Source: Lentisphaeria bacterium UBA1791 (lineage in GTDB: Bacteria; Verrucomicrobiota; Lentisphaeria; Victivallales; Victivallaceae). Taken from it: a DNA stretch of 64,000 nucleotides. Position 1 is the stretch's first letter. Every line of letters starts with the position of its first letter. Both the position numbers and the translations under genes were made by a program. This document shows, in pieces, positions 37,801-46,800 of this stretch. Under the pieces are notes generated by a model. It was given only the letters and a program-made list of their open reading frames with translations, did not search any database and was not told the origin of the DNA. The stretch is taken from the NCBI GenBank assembly GCA_002314455.1, contig DCFZ01000049.1, positions 30,362 through 94,361 on the forward strand. The letters are read 5' to 3'.

Positions 37801-40800
37801 GTCACCCTCGACAGCAGTACGGTCACGACCAACAGCACTGATTATTCGCAGATCACGACCGAGATCACCGGCGGTACGGCGACCTTTGTTTCGGGCGGCA
37901 CCATCGTCACCGTCGCCGGCGGCGGCGGTTCCATTTCGGGCGTGGTCGAAGTGCTTGAAGCGGGGGCGCAGGTCGAGGGCAACGTCCGCTGGGTCGGCGG
38001 CGTTGCAACCTACAATGCAGACGGCTCGGTGACGATCGTCGGCAATGGTTACGGTACGAAATCCAGCACTTCCGCGTTGCTTTACATCGGCAATAAATAC
38101 TACAATTTGCAGCAGGGCGAGTCCGTTACGGTCACGGGCGGCAGTTATGCGCGCAAGACGCTGCACGTTACGGGCGGCACCTCGGAAACGGGGACGGTCA
38201 AAGGATTTTTGGACGCCGTCATCGACGCCGACAGTTACCTCTATATGACGGGCAACGGCCTTTATCAAAACATCATCGTCGACGTGACGGGCTACACCGG
38301 CGGAAACCGGGAAGTCGCCCACTTCCCGTCGGTCTACACCGACTGGAACCTGCTGACGGTCGAAAACGGCACGACCTCCAAACGCTACGACGCCGTCAAG
38401 AGCGGTTATACGATCCAGTTGAAAAAGCGCTACGGTTACTTCGCCGGCGCATGGCGCGATCTGGAAACGGGCGACAAGGTCGTCGTCAACGGCAACACCC
38501 TCACGATCGGCACTTCCGCCTTTACGACCTATGCGGCGATGATGGATTACGTTGGCGGCACCGTTGAACAGAGCAATGTCGGCGATTTCTTCCTCAACGA
38601 CACCTGGGTTGCGGGCAACACCGTTGCCGTGGCGATCAACGATGAAAACATCAATTTCGTCGTCAACGACACCAACGCCTTCAACACCGCCAGCGCGGCG
38701 TATGCCGCCTATGCGGCGGCGGCGTTTGCCAACGGCAGTTTCACCGTCCAATCCGGTACGTTTACGCTCGACGGCGCCGTTTCGGTCTATGATCTCAATC
38801 TGGATGCCGCCGCCAACTTGACGACGGGTACGCTTACAGTCAACGGTTCGCTTACGATCGATGCGACGAATTACACACTCGGTGACAACGAACGCAAACT
38901 TCTCATTTCCGCCGATCAGATCGTTGCGGGGAATTACGTTCTCAATCAGGCGGGAAGCGATTACTATCTCTCGCTTGAAGCGGGCAATCTCTATCTTACG
39001 CACGCGCCCGTCTATTACACCGAACTCTGGGCGGATATGAGCGCCGGCGACATTGTCACCGTCAACGGCAACAGTTATACAATCGGCGTCAACGCCTTTG
39101 CCAACTACGACGACGCCCGCACAAAGGCGCTGGCGACGGGCGGCGCGGTGCGCGATCTCGACACCTATTTCAGCAGTGCTTGGAGTGCCAATCAACTTGC
39201 GACGATCTACGCGCGCGGCGGCAGTTACACGGGGCTCGTCGGCAATGCAGCAAAGGGGTGGATCAACGCCTATACGACGCGCGATATCGCGACTCAGGCT
39301 CATACGAGCGAATATCCCGATGGTGGCATCGTCGTCACCGGGCTGACTTTCACCGGTCGTACGCAACTGGAAACGACCTACGCGACCCCGATTATCTACA
39401 AGGGATTGGTCTCGACCAAGGGCGGCGATCAATTCACAATGCTCTTTGATGGGACAGCGGCGGGCACAGCCAAGGGCGGTTACGCCGTGATCGGCGAAAA
39501 CTCGGTCATTACCACGCTCGGATTGGCGCCCCGAGACGCCTCCTTCGTGCAGGGCGACGTCGTTGTCAAGGTGGTTGACAACGCCCGGATCGGCGAACTT
39601 CTGATCGGCGGTCTTTACGACGGCAGACTCGGCAATCCCAATGAAACGACCGGCTCCCTTACGACCAACGTAACCGTCACCGTCAAAGGCGCGACGGTGA
39701 CGAGTATTTACGGTAGCGGCTACTCCAGCCCCACTTTCGCCAACGTGACGATCAATGCGATCAATACCAAAGGTTCGCGAATCTATGGTGCCGGCGCGCT
39801 GGAGTGCGATATGCTCCAAGGCGACATGACGGTCAATCTGACGAGTTCGACCTACGGTTCGCTCATCAGCTGGTACAACAGCAACGTCGGTGCCGCCTTC
39901 GGCATGAAAGGGCAGTTGCGCGTCAACATCGTCGGCGGTTCCAACTGCGTCACCGACGGGATTGTGCTCCGCAATACCGACACGCTCACCATCAAGGCGG
40001 ACGCCTACTTGTATACCCGCAGCATCACCAACTATGCGACCGACGAGACCCGCTACGCCGGCACGATCAGTATCGACGCAACGGACTATACGGGTGGCAC
40101 GCGGATGTTCTTCCAGACCCGGCTCGGCGGCGACTACGCACTTGCCGTTGCCGGCAACGATCAGTACAAGATTACAAGAACCGCCATTGACGACGGCTGG
40201 GGGTATTACCTGCAGCAGAAGATTGCCTACTATACAAGCGACTGGAAAGACCTTGCCCCCGATACCGTGGTTGTCGCGGGCGGCGAAACCGTCAAGATCG
40301 GCGAATACGCTTTCACGACCTACGCCGCGGCGCAATCGACCGGCTACAAGACGAGCGTCGGTGACTTTTTCGCCAACAATACGTGGACTGTCGGCGGCAC
40401 GATCAGCGAAACCATCAACGGCGAAACGCTCTATTTCGTCGTCGACCAGGCGAATGCCTTTACCTCCGCCGCGGCGGCGTATGCCGCCTATAAAGAGGCG
40501 GGCTTCGTCGACGGCAGTTTTACCGTCGAATCGGGCACGCACACGATCGGCGAAGACGTCAGTGTGAAACACCTGACGATCGGCGGCGATTTGACTGCCG
40601 ACAACGTGACGGCGACGGCGGATCTTACGCTCGGCGCCAATGCGAAACTTACGGCGGATGCGATCAGTGCTCCGGCAATCAGCATCGGCAACGGCGCGCA
40701 GGTCACAGCGACCGGCACGATCACAGCGACTTCCACGGTCACGCTCGGCGAAAATGCGCAACTTTCGGCGGCGAGCATTTCGACGGCGGATCTTGCCATT

Positions 40801-43800
40801 TCAAGCGGCGCTTCCATCACGGTAACGGGCGCAATCTCGGCGACCAATGCGATCACGGTCGACGCCAATGCGACGATCCAGGCGGCGAGCATTTTGACGG
40901 CGGATTTCTCGTTCAGCCACACCGACGCCATCGCGCTGACGGGCGCGTTGACGGCGACCGGCACGATCACGATCGATGCGACCGGCGCCGATCTGGCGCC
41001 GGCTCAAAGCAAACTCCTCGTCGCAGCGAACTCGATCGCGGCGGGAAGTTACGTCGTCCTCGAAAACGGCACGGCGTCGAGCAACTACGTCGCCTGCGTC
41101 AAGGCGGACGGGCTCTACTTGCAGGAAAAGAACGTCAACGTCGTCAACACGGCGTGGCTCGGACTTGCCGATGGCACGGTCGTTCATACGGCATACGGCG
41201 ACAAGACGCTCGGCACCGACGCCTTTGCCACCTTTGCGGTGGGCGTCAATGCGGGCAAGGCGCTCAATACGCTCGTTTCGATGGACGCGAACTACAATAC
41301 GGCGTGGGCGGCGGGCGACACGGTGACGCTTGCCACCGTCGGCGAAACGCCCGTTACGGCAATGGTTGCGGCGGGCAACGCCTATTATCTCTATCAGAAC
41401 AACGCCTACACGACGAGAGCGAACGCCATTGCGAATAAAAACCAATACGCGATCGCCCACGTCTACGGCGCGACGACGGGGCAGAGCGCTGCCACCTATA
41501 CGACTTACGACGGGCAGAGCCACAGCGGTATCGTTTATGAAAATGCCCAGTTGGGCGACGTCACCGTCGGCATCGGCGATATTTACGTCATTGGTTCGAC
41601 CTTTGCCACCAGAATGCGCGGTTACGGTAATGGTGCAATCACAAGTGGCGATCAGATGAATTACTACCTTGACAACAGCTATGTCAAGACCTTCACCAAT
41701 TTGGGTTCAAGTTACGGCGCTTCGCTTTCGATCGACATCAACTCTTACAAGCTGACGACGCCGGACGGCTGGTGGAATTTCGACACCAACCTCGTCGCTG
41801 TCAACGGTTCGACGATTGCGAGCGTCAACCCATACGGGCGCGGCGGCGGCGCCAACGCCTGGCTCGACGTCCACGGCAGTTTCAATCTGACGGTCGACCG
41901 GAGCTACGTCGGCGCCATCGCCGTCGGGGACGAGTGGGGCACCAACGACTTCATGTGGGATGAGGGCTTCAACATCGTCATCAAAAACGGCGGTCGCATT
42001 GCGACACTCCGCTTCTCCAACTGCGGCGCCAACAACGTCACGCTGGATGGCGGCACGACCGGTTCGGTTGCGTTTGCCGCCAACCGCGCAGCACGCACCG
42101 TTACCGGGAGCGGCAACACCTATAGTCGCGCGGCGGTTTCGGCGGGCGCCGTTACGTGGAGCGTCACGGGTGGCAGACAATCCGTCATCATGTGCGATTT
42201 TACGTTGCGAGCCGCCGATGCGACCTACATCGGCAGGACGAATTCCGATGCGCTTACGGTCAGCGGAAATTCCACTTCGTTGCAGTTCACGGCCGCCGTG
42301 ACCAACAACGGTTCGATCACAGTCACCGGCGCGGCGGCGCTGATAGGCAATTCGACGATCACCAACAGCGGTTCGATCACGATCACCGGGGCGTCCGAAC
42401 TTTCGAGCGGATCGACGTTTACCAACACGGGATCAATCACGATCGCCGTCGGTTCGACGATGACGCTTTCGGGTAATTTGACGACGACCGGCAGTTTCAC
42501 GATTGACGCGACGGGTTTTGTCCTTGATCCGGGCGTCTATTTCATCAAGGTCGTCGACGCCAAAAACACGCTCTCGGTCAGCGACTTCACGCTGACTGGC
42601 GGCGCCTCCGGGATGTCGATTTTCGTCAAAGACGGCGACCTCTACTACGGCGAAGCGCCGGTCAAGATCACGGTGGCAGTCGCCGGCATTGCGCAGGGTG
42701 AAACAGTTGTCATCGGCGGCAACGCCTACACCGTCGGCACCGATATTTTCGCTTCTGCGGCGGCGGCACTCGAAGCCGGACATCACAACATCGAATCGCT
42801 CGACACTTACGTGAACGATGCGTGGAGCGATCTTGCCGCGGGCGAAAAGGTCGTCGTCGACGGCTACACGGCGACGATCGGAACCGACGCCTTTGCGGCG
42901 GTTAACAGCACCAGCATTGCCAAGGCGAGCGCACTCGGCGGCGTTTTCCGCGTGTCGGGCAATGCCGCCGCCGCATGCACGATTCGGGAAGTCGACACCC
43001 GCTACAGTGGTGTATCGACCATTACCGGCAATTTCTTCGGCAACAGCACTTCCGGCGTGGTCAGCAATGCGAAACTTCTGATCGACGGCGACACGGTCAC
43101 AACGCTGGGAAATACGATCGTGGTCGTCGGCGCCGCTACGGTCAATAACGCCGATATTACGCTCAACAACGCCTCGTTGAACCGCATTTGGGGCGTTCAG
43201 ACGGGCGCGACGGCGTTGACCGGCACGCTGACGCTCAACGTCACCGGTTCGACGGTCGGCTGCTTTACGCTCGGCGGCAACGAATCCGGCTGGAGCGGCA
43301 TCACCGCATTTGCGGGCAACGCCGATGTGAAATTCACAAATTCGATTGTCGGCGTTATCGGTCACGGCTACCGCAACTTTGGCGCCGCAACTGACGGCAA
43401 TTCGGGTGCAAACGTCAAGGATTACACAATCACGCTGGCCAACAGCAAAGTCGGTGCGATCGGTACCGGCAACGGCACAATCGGCGCAGTTGAGTACGAT
43501 ACCAACACCTGGATCGGCACTACGAGCTTCACGGTCAATATGGCGGGATCGACCGTCACGACCATCGAGGGCGGACGCACGCTGACGACGACCTTGGGCG
43601 GCACCGCCGTGCTCACGGGCGGCACCCACACCGGCGAATCCTTCACCGGCACCAAGTTCTACAACATGGGCGGTGCCGAGGTCTTTAACGACGACGGCAC
43701 CGTCACCTACCGGGGCGGCACCCACTTCAACGAGCAGAATCAAGTCATCACGGGCGGTACAATGACGATCACGGGCGGCACGACGATGCGCCGCACCGTC

Positions 43801-46800
43801 AACATCACGAGCGGCAGCAACTACGTCGGCACTCTTTCCAACATAGACGCCTTGAACATTTCGGTCGGCGATTACCTCAAGGTCGGCGGTACGCTGAGCG
43901 CAACGCTCAACGTGACAGTCGACGCGCGCGGCTACGAGTTTGCACCCGAGACCTACCGTACCGCGGTGATTACTTCCGCCAATTCGACTTTTAACAGCAA
44001 GTTCACCTACTTGCAGGATTCCGGCGACAAAAACGTCTTTGTCATCAAGGGCGACACTCTCTACTACGGCGAAAGCGACACTGTTGTCAGCCGCGCGTGG
44101 GTCGATCGCCAAACGGGCGATACCGTCACCTGGAAGAGCAACACCTACACGATCGGCACCGACGCCTTTGCCTACGCGAACGACGCGACGGCGGCGAACC
44201 GCCACTACATCGTCAACGCCGATACCTACGTCTATCTCGGTGCGAGTGCGGGCGACGAGGTGACGATCGACGGTCTCAACTACACCGTCTACAGCGCTTC
44301 CGGCGCCGGTCGCGAAGTCTTCACGGCGGCGAGCGATGCGGCGACGCAGCTCAATAGCATTCAGGGCAAGCGCGTTGTGATGCTGGGCGGTACGGGGGCT
44401 TCCCGCGAGTGGTTCGGCGGCGCCAGCGCTTACATCGAAAATTGTACGCATTACTGGGTGGATGGCGGCGGTATCATCGGCTCATCCGGGAGTGCGACCG
44501 AAAGCACCAGCGTCGTTTTCGCAAGCGGTGCGACCATCGGTCAGTATTGGAGCACGCACGGCGCCAATGTGACCAATGCCTACGCAGAAGTCCAAAGCGG
44601 CGCGTATGTTGACCGCTTGTCCGTCAGTTATTCCGGCGCTGTCGTGACCAATGCCGATTACCGCGTATTTGCGGGCGGCGTGGTCGGTGTGTTCGCCGGT
44701 GACGGCGGTCTCGGTACAGGCGGTACAATTCGCTATACCGTTACCGGCGGTACGGTGAGAGGTCACCTCAATACCGGCACCAGTTCCAAGGACAACACCG
44801 GCGTCAAAGGCAACATCGTCGTCACCTTGACCGGCGCGACGGTCGGCGGTGGTCTCCTCGGCGGTGCCGGCGGCGATTACGTGACATCGGGCGACTACAC
44901 CTACACGATCACCGACAGCTATATCGGCGGCACCTTTGGCTACACCGGTACGGGGGGCGCCGACATGGGAAGCATGACGATGGCGAATTTCAAAGCCACC
45001 GTCAAGGATTCAAGGATCGGCGCCATGTCTTTCGGCCGCGTTTCGACGACGGCGGGCGCCTTTGACATCACACTTGACAACGCGACGATCGGCGACGCCA
45101 ACCTCAGCCTGACGGCGCCCAACAGTTCCAGCAGTCTCAAGGGGGTCAACGCGACGATCAAAAATATGACGCGTGCGACCGGCAACGTGGTCGTGATCGA
45201 TCCGGAATTCGGCACCAAGGTGACGGTCGACGGCGACATTGATCTTTCGTTGCAGAATCTCAACGTCACGCAGGGGTGTGTTTCCGTCACGGGCGGCGCG
45301 GCGGGATCGACGATCAACGGCGACATCACCGTCAACGCGACCAATGTCGTGATCGGTACGAGTTTGTATTTGCTCAACGGCAACGCGGCGGGCAATATCT
45401 CGGTGACGGGCAACGCGACGCTGAACTTCAACGGCGTTTCGATTGCCAGCGGCATTTACTTCTCGACCAATCACGATGCAGCGACGGCGTTCACGGGGAC
45501 GCGCAGCATCAACTTTACGGGCGGCACCAACACCATCGGTTGTATCAACGAGGCTGACGCGGCGGTCACGCTCAACGTCGGTGCGGTGCTTCTCCTGACG
45601 GATAATTCCAAAGTCACCAACGCGATCACGGTCGACGCTTCGACTTGCGATTACAGTCAGGCGCAGTACCTCCTTATTTCGGGCAATGCTCCGGTCACCA
45701 ACAACATCACCGTCGTCAACGACAATCCGAGCAAAGAGTACGAAATCGTCAAGAGCGGCAATAACGTCTACTACCAGCAAAAGCCGGTGTACTTCAACAT
45801 CGCGTGGAGCGGCTTGACGGGGACGGTCGAATATCAGGGCAAGACGCTGACAATCGGCAAGGATGCCTTTGCAACCTATGCCGAAGCGGGTACGAGCGGC
45901 AGAGCGTTTATCTACGCGGCGGAAACCTACCTCAACAACACCTACAACGACACCGATCCAATCGTGGTCGACGGCTACACCGCGACTTACGACACCGATG
46001 CGTTCAACACGATTGCGAAGGCGGTCGAAGCGGCTTCGACGGCAGGCAATTCGCTCCGTGTGACGGGGTGGACGAATGGCAAGCTTCTTAACATAAACGG
46101 TATTAAAAACGTCTATATCAGCGAAAACCACACAGCGACGACGACGACGGTGAAAGATGACACCGCCGCGATTGCGAGTTTGAGTGTTTCCGTCAACGAT
46201 TCCAATTGCAACGTTTTTACGGCGGTCGCGGCGGGCAGCGTGACGGGGGCGCTCAACGTGACGGCGGACAACTTGCACACCACCGACGCACTCTACATTC
46301 TCACCGGAACGACGAGCGCCGGCAACGTCAACGTGTCGGTTGGTGGCGGCAGTTACTTGCAAAAGGGACTCTATGTTGTCAACAGCAAAGCGTCAGTAAC
46401 GGATGATGTGACGATCACCTTGGGCAACTGCGAAATCTACCGCAAGGGTATTCAGATCAACGATGCGACCGTGACTGGCGGTTCGGCGACAGTCGGCGGC
46501 GCCAAGACTATCACATTGGAGGAAAAATGTACCGCGACCGTTTCCGCGATCACGGCGAGTTTCGACACCGTTACGATCAAAGCCGGCGCAACGCTGAACT
46601 TTGGCAAGGGGCTTGCCGATGATTGGAAAGATTCCTATCTTTTCGCGCTCAACAACCTCGTCAACAACGGTACGTTCAACTACAACGCCACGATCGGTCA
46701 GAATGCCTACAAGGCAGTGGCGATCAACGTCACTGGCAACGCGATCACGTCGACGGTCGGCAACGTCATCTTCACCAATGGCGGGACGACCTATGCGGCG

